NCBI GenBank assembly: GCA_963833985.1
Contig: CAWIAD010000002.1
Span: 4,544,001-4,608,000, forward strand
DNA: 64,000 nucleotides
DNA from: an uncultured Planctomycetaceae bacterium
Lineage (GTDB): Bacteria > Planctomycetota > Planctomycetia > Isosphaerales > Isosphaeraceae
Direction of reading: 5' to 3'
Each line of letters begins with the position of its first letter. Positions within the stretch are counted from its first letter, which is position 1. The translations under genes and the position numbers were made by a program. Of the stretch, positions 1 to 10,828 are shown one piece after another. The notes under the pieces are model-generated. The model did no database searches, was not told the origin of the DNA, and saw only the letters and a list, made by a program, of their open reading frames with translations.

Positions 1-3000
1 GTGCAGATAGGGGACAACGCCAATCCCAATCCCAACCAGGACACGACCATCCTGGGAACGCCATACCAGGAGGTGCTCACCAACTTTCCTCTTGGCTCCG
101 AGGTGCTCACCGGCGAGTTCCTGAATGTTGTCCTGAGCGGGCCCGGCCAGACCACTCAATCTTTTGAGCATACCATCCTGGACCTCCTCGGACCCGCTGT
201 GCGGCAGGGTGGCGCCGCGCCGGCTCTGTCGATCAATCCTTCCGGACCGCCATCGCTCACCGAGTTCGACATCACAACCCTGAACGCACTGCCTGGACTC
301 CAGTCGCCCAGGACGCTCGCGCCTTTGCAGGCTGTGATCGCCAGCGAGTACCAGAGCACGTCGCAACTCATCCAGCCAGACGGGACGTTCGGCGGGACGG
401 CCGACTCGTCCTTGAGAAACTTCTACGTGAGCTACACGCGCCTGGTCGCAGCCCAGTTCCTGATCAGCTCCGATGCCTCGACCGCACAGCTCGCCGCGAC
501 CTCGGGGGTTGCGGCCTATGCCGACAGCCCGCGGCTGATCGTGAGTTCGACCAAGTATTACTCCGATTCATCCGCGGGTACGGGTTTGACGACCGCCATC
601 GACCTGCTGCGCGACACGCTGCGCGTCGTCGTTGCTCCGGGCGACAACACGCAGGCGCTCCAGATATTCAATTTTGTCCGCGGTGTCATGGAAACCCAGC
701 TCGAAGGCACGATCGTCAGCCAGTTCGGCAGCGCTCTGGGAGGCACAGCGACCAACCTCAGCGCGGGCGTGGTGCTCTCGGCCGCACATGCGCAGGGGAT
801 CCCGCTGGTGTCGATCACGGCGATGAACCTGACGCTGCTCGGCACTCTACCCATTTCCGCCAATGCCAAGGCACTCATCACCCAAGAGGTGATGTCCGGC
901 TCGACCGTCCTCGTTCCCGCCACTTCGGTGGCCACGTCGGCCGGACCGCAGATCGCCTGGTATCAGGTCAACCCGACCACCGGCGAGACGATCGGCGTGG
1001 GCGAGAACGGATCGCATCCGGGGATCGAGGAAAACGTGGCGTTGAAGTGGATTATCACGGGCTTCCTGCTGGGCTTTGTCGCGTCCCGGATCTGGCCCAA
1101 GCACCCCCCCCTGCCGCAGATCCCGGTCACCATCTTTACCGGCCTGGGTGCAGTCGGTGCCGCGTTTTTCATCTACCTGGCAACCGCCGCGTTCTTGCCG
1201 CTTCTGGTCCTCGAGGTCGGGATCATCATTTACCTTCTAGCGAGCAAGTCCGATCCCACGGCCGCGGGACTGCTCACGAGCCTGCTTCAGTCACCTCAGG
1301 CGCAGCCTTCTCTGGCAGCGGCTCAGGCGCAGGTCGCGAGCGGCGTGAACTCTTCCTCGGGGAGCGTCGCGGGCTCGCTCCAGACGAAAAGCCTGGCCGC
1401 CTCGGGTCCGCTCAACGCGCGCTGGACCACGAGCAGCAACACCAGCCTCTTCGCCTCCTCACTCACAGCCTCGAGCGCCAAGGTCCTCGACGCTTCCGGC
1501 AAGACGATCGGCTCCGGTTCCGTCAGTTTTCAGAGCGCCCAGGCGGTTCCGGCCATCGTCGGAGGCAGCGTCAGCTATCAGGTGACCGGAAACGGGTCGC
1601 TTTCCTTCGACGGCCCGGCCGGCAGCGGGCTGGGCGTGAGCGGCGACTGGCAGAGCTATTCCGCACAGGTTTCCGGCAGCGCAGCGATCGAACTCATCGG
1701 CGGCTCCCTGGTTCTCAACGGTCAGCCCCTGCCCGCTGGGACTTACACGATCACGACCGGCCAGGCGACCATCGCGGGAAGTGGAACGAGCACTTCGCCC
1801 AGCTTCTCAGGGACGGTATCACTCTCCTCGAACGGCGACACGATCAACATTGAAGCGAGCGGCGGAAGCTTCTCGGTTGGCGGCAAGCCGCTCGAGACGG
1901 ACGATGAGGCCACGCTCGACCAGTACACCGGGACCATCAACGTGTCGGCCGGCGCAGGAGGTTCCCAATCCGTCAGCCTGAGCGGTTCCGCCGGCAACGT
2001 CCTTCAAGTGACGACCTCAACCGCGACGTTCACAACCGACCAGAACACGCCGATCACATTCGCCCCGAGCATCCATGGCAGCCTGGCCGACACCTACACG
2101 CTAACGGCCAATGCGCCGTCGGGATGGACGGTCACGATCGACAGCAAGGGGAATGTCACCGCAGCCCCCGCACCGGGACTCCAGGGCGGTACCTACCCCA
2201 TCCAGATCATCGCCCAGTCTCAGTCCGATCCCAACCTCGTGGCACAGGCGACTGTGGAAGTCACGATCAAGCCGACCACTCCGGGCATGAGCCTGGGCGT
2301 TGCGTCGGATTCCGTCCTGAGCGTGCCCTTCGATGGTGCCGATCTCCCGACCGGCTTCCGCGCGAGCATTCAGAACCTTGGCCCCGCGCCGGACACCTAC
2401 AACCTGAGCTTCTCCAACGTTCCCGCCGGGTTCAGCGTGCAGACGAGCACATCCAGCGTCACCGTTCCCGCCGGACAGACCGGAATCGTCGGAGTTTATC
2501 TCGTGCCCAACCCCGGCCAGCCCCTCCCGGCGCCTGGCACGCAGCTCTCGTTCACCGTGACCGCCACGAGCAAGACCACCTCGTCAATCACCAAAGCCCA
2601 GAACGTGACCTTCACCGTTCCGGCCATCGACGCGGTTACCGTCACAGCCAGCCCATCCAGTGTGAATACCACGCCCGGTGTGGCCGCCAGCGACACGCTC
2701 ACGATCACGAACGTGGGCAACGTGCCCCAGACCAATATCAGCTTCGCGAGCAGCAATTCTGCCGGGCTCTCCGTCTCCGGACTGGCTCCGCTCTCGCTGG
2801 CGGTCGGCCAGTCGACCACCGAGACCGTCACCTTCACTCCGTCGGCCTCAACGCCCCTGAACAGCATCCTCCAGTCGACCATCACGGCGACTTACGGACC
2901 GACGACATCACCCCAGACCCAGACCCTGAACATGACGGTCGACGTCGTCGTGCCTGGAGCAGCGGCGCTCGCCAACGCAGCGGTCGCGGCCCAGCAGCTC

Positions 3001-6000
3001 AGTAACTCAGGGCTGGCCGGGCGCCTGCAAGACCTGAGCACTGCGCTCACCAGCCTGGTGCAGAACCCAACCAGCCCGGTCTACCAGGGACAGGCGCTGG
3101 CCAATCTCGATAGCCTCATCAGCCAGCTCACCAACGATCCGTTCCTCTCCGGGTTCACCTCGGGACTGACCACGGCCCGCACGGCCCTTGCCTCCGCGTC
3201 CACCGCGAGTGCCGTTCAGTCGGCTGTAAGCGGCCTTGGCACCGCGCTCGGCTCGCTGGCGCAGGTGATCAGCGACGACGCCGCACACCAGTTCACGATC
3301 TCGCTCTCGCCCGACCGCAACATCGTCCAGCCCGCGGCGCCCGAGGTCTTCGATATCCTCATCACCAACAACGGTACGGCTGCCACGACCTATGACCTGG
3401 GCATCTCCGGCTTGCCCGCGGGCGTGAGCTCCGCGTTCAGCCAGCCGTCCGTCACGCTTCAGCCCGGGCAGTCGCTCACGGCCGGCAATAGCGCGGTCAC
3501 GCTCACGCTCACCGAGTCCGGCGGCACGCTCATCCCGGCGAACTTCACCATCGCGGCGACGGCCGAGGGCGCCAGCGAAATCACCCAGGGCACTCCCGGC
3601 TTCCTGACCCTGCGCGACTCCTCGATCATCGCCACGGGCATCGTCACCAACCCCGCGTACGTCAGCCCCGGCGGCAAGGTGGACGTCTCTGCGCAGATCC
3701 TGGGAACCGTGAACCAGGCCACGCCGATCTCGGCGTACTATACGGTCACGGATCAGGCCGGAAGCACGCTCTTCACGTCGACCGCAGTGCCGGTCTCGCT
3801 CGCGGTCAATAGCGGCCTGGTCACGGCCGACCTGGGCAACCTGGACACGACCGGGTTCGCCCCGGGAGTCGATTCGATCAGCGTCACGCTGCTGGATGGA
3901 AGCAGCAAGCCGATTCCCGGCGGTTCCACGAGCACCAGTTACCTCATCGGCCAGCCGGTGACGGCCACGCTCTCCACCACGCCGGCCACCGTGCCCACTG
4001 GCTCGGATACGGTCACGACCACACTCTCGGCGACCACGCTGTCCACGTATCCTTCGCCGCTCACCCTCCAGGGCGCCCTGGCCACCCCCGCACCCGGCAC
4101 CTCGGTCGCCCTGTACACGTCGGGCGGCAAGACCTACGCCTACGAGAGCGGCACCGGCGGCATCAACGCCATCGACGTGACCAACGCGGCCAGTCCCCAG
4201 CTCCTCGAGACCTTCGGCCAGAACGAGATCACCAACGGCAAGTTCGGCTTCAACGTCGCGCGGGTGGTCGGCAACGAGCTGCTGGTCGGCACCTCCAACG
4301 GCAACAACGGCAGCGTGTTCAACCTGCTCGTCTACTCGCTGGCGAGCCCGGCCAGCCCGACGCTCGTGAGCAACACCACCATCAATTACCGGTTCCTCAG
4401 CGACCTGCTGGTCAACAGCACCGGCACGGCCGTCTTCGTGCCGACCAATGGCTTCATGTACTTCGGTAGTACCATCTTCCAGGACTTCGGCGATTTCGTC
4501 GCCATCGACCTCACCGATCCCACCCAGCCGGTGCTCGCCAGCGCCCTGTTCACCAACCAGGGCCAGCCCAATGGCGGCAACATGAACCAGTTCGGCGGCG
4601 TCCTGGTGAACGACCAGATCGCTTACTCGGCCGGACTGGCTCCGGGCGGCAGCACGATCATCGGCAACACCGGGAACCTGCTGGTCGTGAACATCTCCGA
4701 CCCCAAGAACATGTCGCTGATCACCCAGCTCAAGATCCCCGGCACGATCAACATCCTGAATGTGGCCACTTACGGCAACCGCGCCCTGGTGGTTGGAACC
4801 GCGGGCACCGAGTCGAACATCTACAATCCGAACGCCACGGGCGTGGCCAATCACCTCACCCTGACGGTGCTCGACATCACCGACCCGAGCAACCCGCAGA
4901 TACTGGGCTCGACCTTCGTCACGAACGAGCAGTTCCCGCTCGGCGAAGCCGGCGCCAAGACCGACGTGGTCAGCCTGGGCAATGGCGACTTCGCCATCAG
5001 CGACACCGACCAGGGCGGCAACCCCGCCCTGCTGGTCGTCGATCCCAGCAACCCCGGCAACATCGTCGTTTCGGCCGCGCAGGTGCCCAGCGGCGTGCAC
5101 GGCATCACCGTCGCCGGGAACCTGCTCTACGCGACGACCTCCAGCGGCCTTTCCATCTATCAGATCGGTCAGCTCGTGAGCGACCCTGTGACGTTCTCGG
5201 TCAACCTGCCGCCCGGGACCGCGGCGAATATCCCCGCCAGTTCGTTCAATATCGCGCCCACCCAGATCACCAGCGGGACGACTGCCGATACGCTCACGTG
5301 GGATCGCTCGTTCTCGGCGGGCGACACGACGTTCACGTTCTCGTGGCAGTCGAGCATCAGCGGAGTACAGGCGGGGCAGACCACCGCCGTCACCCAGGGC
5401 TCGACCATCGCCTACGTCGCGCAGGGTTCTCCCGGCTCACTGACGCTGCCGGGGACGGCCGTCACCGGCACGCCGATCATCCGCCTGATCACGACCTCAG
5501 CAACCGAACAGCCCGGGGGATCGGCAACCTACGACGTACGGCTTTATAATCCCACAAGCGCCACTGTGACCTATTCACTGAGCGGTCCTGACCTGCCGTC
5601 CGGCGTCAACGGTAACTTCACGTCGGTCACCGTCCCTGCGGACAGCAGCGTGGACACGCCGCTGGTGCTTCACTCGGGAACCTACGCGCAACCAGGAACT
5701 TACCCGTTCAGCGTCACCGCCGATTACCTTCTCTACTCCTCGGACGGTGTGACGCAGCTTGGCGAGTTCAAGGGGTCGGCCTCAAGCTCCCTGGTCATCG
5801 CGGGACCACCCGTCGTCACACCCGATTCCAGCGCACACGGCGTGGTCGTGACGATCTCACCCACCCGGGCCGTGGCCGGGCAGGGCACATCGGCGACCTA
5901 CGTCGTTCAACTGACAAACGTGGGCAGCCTCGACGACCAGTTCTCACTGGAGATCAACGGACTGCCTCAGGGAGTCTATGGCTCGTTCGGCCAGAACGCC

Positions 6001-7390
6001 TATAGCCTGGACGTTCCCCCAGGCGCCAGCAACGCACGCGACGTGTCCCTGACCATCACGACAAGCGCCGGGACAGTTCCAGGCGATATCCCCTTCACGG
6101 TCAGGGCCGCGTCGGAGTCGAGCGCCGGGACGCAGGGAACCGCCCAGGCGACACTCAGCGTCGTCTTCGAGCGGGGTCTCGCTGGGCCTCAGCCCCCAGT
6201 CGACCACGCCCGGCGGCAGCCTTCAACTCGACGTCACGAACACGGGAACGCAGACAGACACTTTCAACCTGGCCCTGGCCGGCCCGGCAGCCCTGGTGGC
6301 AAAGCTGGCGACATCCACCGTCACTCTGGCGCCGGGTGCCTCGCAGACGGTTCCGATCACCACCACGGGGGTCGATTTCGCCGTCGCCGGAGCGTTGCCG
6401 CTGACGGCGACAGCCACCTCGCAAGCGAATCCAGGCGTCATGCAGGCAGCCACGTCCGACCTGGCTGTTCCATCTTTCACGGGCATGACGGCGCAGTTCA
6501 CTCCTGCGTCGGTGACGGTCAAGGCACCTGGAACCACGGGCCTGGTTCTTGAGGTGAAGAACACCGGCAACGACGACGACCGGTATACCGTCGCCATCAT
6601 CGGCACCACCGGTCCGGTCACGGCCAGCCTGATCGGCCCAGACGGACTGCCAGCGCAGTCGATCGCGCTCTTCGTGCTGCCTGCTCTGGGCACGGCCGAC
6701 CTTCCACTTCAGGCCACGCTCAACGGTCCCGGCCAGGGCACGATCACCGTCCTCGTCAAGTCGCTCACGACCGGCCAGGAATCCACCGTCGTCGCCACTG
6801 TCTCCGGTCAGAGCACCGTCATCGACGGCCCGCAGGTCCTGCTCGTCCAGCGCTACGGCGTGCACATGAACCCCACGACCATCGTGCTCACCTTCGATCA
6901 GCCCCTCAACCCGACGCTCGCCGACAACGTCAACGAATACCGCTTGCTCGACCCGCAAGGGCACGTCGTACCCATCTCTTCAGCCGTCTACGACGCGGCA
7001 ACCGATACGGTGACGTTGCATCCCCGGAACCGCATCAATCTGCACCGGACGTACAGGCTCACCGTCGTTGGCGTTGGGCCCAACGGCCTGACCGACAGTT
7101 CGGGGCTCCTGCTCGACGGCAAGAAGTCCGGCCAGCCCGGCAGTAACTACGTGACCACCATCAACGGGCGCAACCTGGTGCTGCCGCCGAACTGGAACCC
7201 CGCCTGGTCGCGGAAGGCCCCCGCCCGGAAGACGGCCGCCCGCTTCGCCACCGGCCATCCGCGGCCGTTCCATCGCTCGTCGACGCTCGTGAAGCTCGAT
7301 CCGCCAGGAACCCCGAGGGAACGGTTGGTCCCCGCCCGGCCCCGCCCCGCTCTTCCCCGGCGCTCGCTGCTGTTGCGCAGCCACCATTGA
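1..7390 (+). CDS. Giant secreted/surface protein, 5'-truncated by the window edge. Contains an internal hydrophobic cassette, many Ig-like (NEW3/CARDB-type) repeats, an LVIVD-like propeller and a C-terminal Ig-like domain. One apparent frameshift at ~6166.
   Basis: ORF 1..6552 is open from base 1 and S/T/G-rich, with repeats such as IQNLGPAPDTYNL, ITNNGTAATTYDL and LTNVGSLDDQFSL. LVIVD-like blades lie at ~4100-5170 (LTVLDITDPSNPQILG). Removing one T at ~6166 joins ...LSVV to SSGVSLGLSPQSTTPGGSLQLDVTNTG..., which runs into ORF 6296..7390. Confidence 0.85.
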
Positions 7391-7416
7391 CCGGCGAGGC
7401 GCTCGCGGCGTAGAAT
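7387..7416 (+). promoter_or_regulatory. Sigma70-type promoter for the leu leader/leuA transcript
   Basis: TTGACC (7387-7392), 18 nt spacer, TAGAAT (7411-7416), about 40 nt upstream of the leader ATG. Confidence 0.6.
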
Positions 7417-7453
7417 TCACTGAGTTCGAGGCACGAATCTCTGGGAACGCCCA

Positions 7454-7528
7454 ATGCGTCTGTTGCCGGCCATTCCGCGACTGATTCTCAACCTTCGCCT
7501 TACCGGCCGGCCGGGGGTGGTGTCTTAG
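7454..7528 (+). CDS. Leu-rich attenuator leader peptide [24 protein letters not shown] (24 aa)
   Basis: ATG at 7454, TAG at 7526-7528. Six Leu codons among the first 16, plus 2 Ile and 2 Val overall. Lies directly upstream of a terminator and leuA. Absent from the ORF track because it is too short. Confidence 0.8.
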   Translation: MRLLPAIPRLILNLRLTGRPGVVS

Positions 7529-7570
7529 GGTTCGACAGGTCCGCGCCTCTCAGCAAGACAACCAAGCCCC
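7513..7570 (+). promoter_or_regulatory. Antiterminator stem of the leuA attenuator
   Basis: GGGGGTGGTGTCTT (7513-7526) can pair with AAGACAACCAAGCCCC (7555-7570), which overlaps the 5' arm of the terminator. Confidence 0.7.
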
Positions 7571-7608
7571 GAGACTCACCTCGAATGGTGGATCCCGGGG
7601 CTTTTTTT
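7564..7608 (+). terminator. Intrinsic terminator (attenuator) upstream of leuA
   Basis: AAGCCCCG...CGGGGCTT stem with inner CACC/GGTG pairing and a T7 run (7602-7608), ending 27 nt before the leuA ATG. Confidence 0.85.
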
Positions 7609-7635
7609 CGTCCCAACCCGGAAAAGAGCCTGGTC

Positions 7636-9239
7636 ATGAGCACTGCGCAAGAGCCCTCCGCGTCCGCACCGGCGGCCGACCCGAACCGCGTCCGGATCTT
7701 TGATACGACGCTGCGTGACGGCGAACAATCGCCCGGCGCCAGCATGAATCTTGGAGAGAAGCTCGAGGTGGCGCGGGTGCTCTCCGGACTGGGCGTGGAT
7801 GTCATCGAGGCCGGCTTCCCGATCGCCTCGCAAGGGGACTTCGAGGCGGTGCGGGCCATCGCCGGCGAGATCACCGGCTCGACCGTCTGCGGCCTGCGCG
7901 CTGCAACGAGAAGGACATCGACCGTGCCTGGGACGCCGTCAGGTACGCGCAGACCCCGCGCATCCACGTCTTCCTGGCAACCTCGGCCATCCACCGCGAG
8001 CACAAGCTGCGCATGACCCGGCGCAGATCATCGAGCGCGCCGTCGCCAGCGTGCGCAGGGCCAGAAGTTACTGTGCCGACATCGAGTTCTCTCCCGAGGA
8101 CGCCGCGCGGACCGAGCTCGATTTCCTCTGCGAGGTTGTCGAGGCGGCCATCGAGGCCGGCGCCACCACCGTCAACATCCCCGACACGGTCGGCTACGCG
8201 ACGCCCACGCAGTACGCGGCCGTGATCCGCACGCTCAGAGAGCGCGTGCCGAACATCGGCCAGGCGGTCGTCAGCACGCATTGCCATGACGACCTGGGCC
8301 TGGCGGTGGCCAACAGCCTGGCCGGTGTCGAGGCTGGGGCCCGGCAGGTCGAGTGCACGATCAACGGCATCGGCGAACGTGCCGGCAACGCCGCGCTCGA
8401 GGAGATCGTCATGGCCATCAAGACACGCCACGATTACTACGGCGTGACCACCGGGATCAAGACCGAGCGCCTCTACCCCGCCAGCCGGGTCCTGTCGACG
8501 ATCACCGGGCTAGCGGTCCAGCGGAACAAGGCCATCGTGGGCCGCAACGCCTTCGCCCACGAGTCGGGCATCCACCAGGACGGCATGCTCAAGGAGCGGT
8601 CCACCTACGAGATCATGCGCCCGAAGACGTGGGCGTGCCCCGGACCGACCTGGTTCTGGGCAAGCACTCCGGCCGGCACGCGCTGCGCGAGCGGGTCATC
8701 GAGATGGGTTACAACCTCACCGAGGAGCAGATCGAGGTGCTCTTCAACGATTTCAAGGCCCTGGCCGACAAGAAGAAAGAGGTCTACGACCAGGACCTGC
8801 TGATTCTCGTCGAGAAGCACATGGAAGACATTCCCGCGCCGTGGCAGCTCCTCGGCCTGCACACCACGGCCGGCACCAGCGTGCTGCCCACGGCCACGGT
8901 CTCCATCCGCCGGCCCGACGGCGAGGTCGTGCAGGACGCGGCCATCGGCGACGGCCCCGTCGACGCCATCTTCAAGGCCGTCGAACGCGTCACGGGAGTG
9001 CACGCCAACCTGCACGAATTCGTCGTCCGCAGCGTGACCCAGGGCAAGGACGCGCAGGGCGAGGTGACGCTCGAGCTGGAGGTGGAAAGCGACGACCGCA
9101 GCTTTCGCGGCCGCGCCGCCTCCACCGACATCATCGAGGCATCGGCCCTGGCATACCTGAACGCCGTGAACGCGATCCAGACCCACAAGGAGCGCGGCCA
9201 CGTCCGCGAGGTCGTCGGCCGCCCGGCGCCGGGGCGTGA
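7636..9239 (+). CDS. leuA: 2-isopropylmalate synthase, with apparent single-base deletions at ~7897, ~8018, ~8622 and ~9223
   Basis: Motifs [69 protein letters not shown] and regulatory-domain GDGPVDA, spread over ORFs 7585..8016, 7751..8803 and 8353..9381. Confidence 0.95.
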
Positions 9240-9377
9240 TGAGGCAGTCTCGAGCCTCTTGATGGCGATGGCAAAGGTGAGGCATTTCGCATATGCTGGT
9301 TGCTCGACGCCGGCCCCATCCCAGCCTCCCGCCTGGACGTCTTCGCGAGGAGCCGATGTCTCTTCCCGGGTTGGTCC

Positions 9378-9839
9378 ATGAGTAGAAAGCGACACCGGGC
9401 ATCGCCCAGAGTCAAAACAGAAAGAACCGAGCACACACCGAGGTCATTCCTGCGGGCGGCGACCCAACGAAGGGAGGCGGCATCATTCCTGTTCAGCAGC
9501 GGCATTTACCTAATGGACTCCATCTACCTCGCCGGATACGCAGCCGAGTGTTCGCTCAAGGCGGTGATCCTGTCCAGATCGCCGGTCTCAAAGAGAGACG
9601 GCGTACTCGAAGAGATTAGCTCCGGATCTCGGGGACATAACTTTGACTTCCTCGCGGACATTCTCAGGCAAAAGAACGTTGAGATACCAAGTCCGGTGAC
9701 CGAAAGCCTCGAGCGGGTTAACAAGGTATGGTCCACGGACTTGAGATATCGAGGATCTCAAGTCCACCCCCGAGTTGCTCAGACGATCATTGAGGCTATC
9801 AGACTGATCGTCGACTGGGCCGAGAGGAGTGCAATATGA
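9378..9839 (+). CDS. HEPN-domain protein (putative RNase/toxin)
   Basis: YLAGYAAECSLKA...GHNF...WSTDLRY pattern typical of stand-alone HEPN proteins. Visibly more AT-rich than the flanks. Confidence 0.7.
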   Translation: MSRKRHRASPRVKTERTEHTPRSFLRAATQRREAASFLFSSGIYLMDSIYLAGYAAECSLKAVILSRSPVSKRDGVLEEISSGSRGHNFDFLADILRQKNVEIPSPVTESLERVNKVWSTDLRYRGSQVHPRVAQTIIEAIRLIVDWAERSAI

Positions 9840-10150
9840 ATGGCTGGGAGAATAAGAAGACGGCCGAAACCCGCAAGCTTGAGGAACATTTCCGCAAGAC
9901 GTTTCCCAGGACCGATGCGTACCGCTTCAATTCCGCGTCAATCAGGGTGAGGGTTATCGACGATCGTTTTGAGGGCAAATCGATGGCGGAACGGGAAGAT
10001 ATGGTGATGCCACTTCTCGAGAAACTCCCTAAGAGGATTCGAGAAGATGTGCTCATGCTATTAAAGCTTGCGCCAAGCGAACTCGACACTCCGAACGCGC
10101 AAATGCTCATTAACGCTGAGTTCGAGCATCCTCTTCCTTCGCGTCTTTGA
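9836..10150 (+). CDS. Small BolA-like/degenerate MNT-like protein coupled to the HEPN gene
   Basis: ATGA overlap with the HEPN stop. IRVRVIDDRFEGKSMAEREDMV resembles the BolA V..S..F.G.S...R...V segment. Confidence 0.65.
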   Translation: MNGWENKKTAETRKLEEHFRKTFPRTDAYRFNSASIRVRVIDDRFEGKSMAEREDMVMPLLEKLPKRIREDVLMLLKLAPSELDTPNAQMLINAEFEHPLPSRL

Positions 10151-10258
10151 CGACCGCAGAGGCAAGCTGCGCGTGATTGAAAAGCAAGAAGCGGCCACGT
10201 TTGACCCGCCTTTTCTCAGAAACTGGACAGTCCGTCTCCTGCGGCCACTAGATTACTG

Positions 10259-10825
10259 ATGTCGCGGAACAACGAACCGTCCGATGCAAGTCTGGTGGCG
10301 AAGGTTCTGGCAGGCGACCGTGAGGCGTTCGGCTGCCTTTACGACCGCTACGCTCGCCTTGTCCGGGCCGTCGTGTACAGGGTTGGGAACGATATCCCGG
10401 CGGCTCATGACCTGACGCAGGAGTGCTTCCTGCGGGCCTACCGTAACCTTTCACAACTGAGACAGCCGGACCCGTTCGGTGCCTGGGTGGTTGGCATCGC
10501 GCGCGCCTTGGCCAGCGAGCACCGGCGTTCCTTGCGGCGTGATCGGCATCGGTTCGTCGCCGATGAATCGCTCGATGTCTGGTTCGAGCCGGATATCCCC
10601 GGCGCCCTCCAGACCGCCGACGAGATCGAGCTCGTGCTCCGCCGGGTTGCCGAGCTTCCGGAACGAGAACGTATGGCCGTTCATGCGTTCTTTCTTCAGG
10701 AAAGCAACGCAGCTCAAGCGGCCAGACTGCTCGGGCTCTCGCGATCGGGAATCTACGCGCTGCTGCAGCGCGCCCTGGCACATCTGGCGGAAGCCCTTCG
10801 CCAAGGCGTGGGAAAGGAGGTGTGA
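10259..10825 (+). CDS. ECF RNA polymerase sigma factor
   Basis: GDREAFGCLYDRY; AHDLTQECFLRAY...FGAWVVGIAR (region 2); LPERER...AARLLGLSRSGIYALLQRA (region 4). Confidence 0.93.
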   Translation: MSRNNEPSDASLVAKVLAGDREAFGCLYDRYARLVRAVVYRVGNDIPAAHDLTQECFLRAYRNLSQLRQPDPFGAWVVGIARALASEHRRSLRRDRHRFVADESLDVWFEPDIPGALQTADEIELVLRRVAELPERERMAVHAFFLQESNAAQAARLLGLSRSGIYALLQRALAHLAEALRQGVGKEV

Positions 10826-10828
10826 GCC

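Noticed and set aside
3007..5100. Long antisense ORFs (e.g. 3007..5100, 16342..17820, 29384..30763, 51208..52926, 57497..59473)
   Set aside because: They lie opposite well-supported genes, show no motifs and are expected in high-GC DNA.
7636..9239. leuA as a pseudogene or programmed-frameshift gene
   Set aside because: Catalytic motifs and the attenuator are intact, and the indels match the window-wide error pattern.
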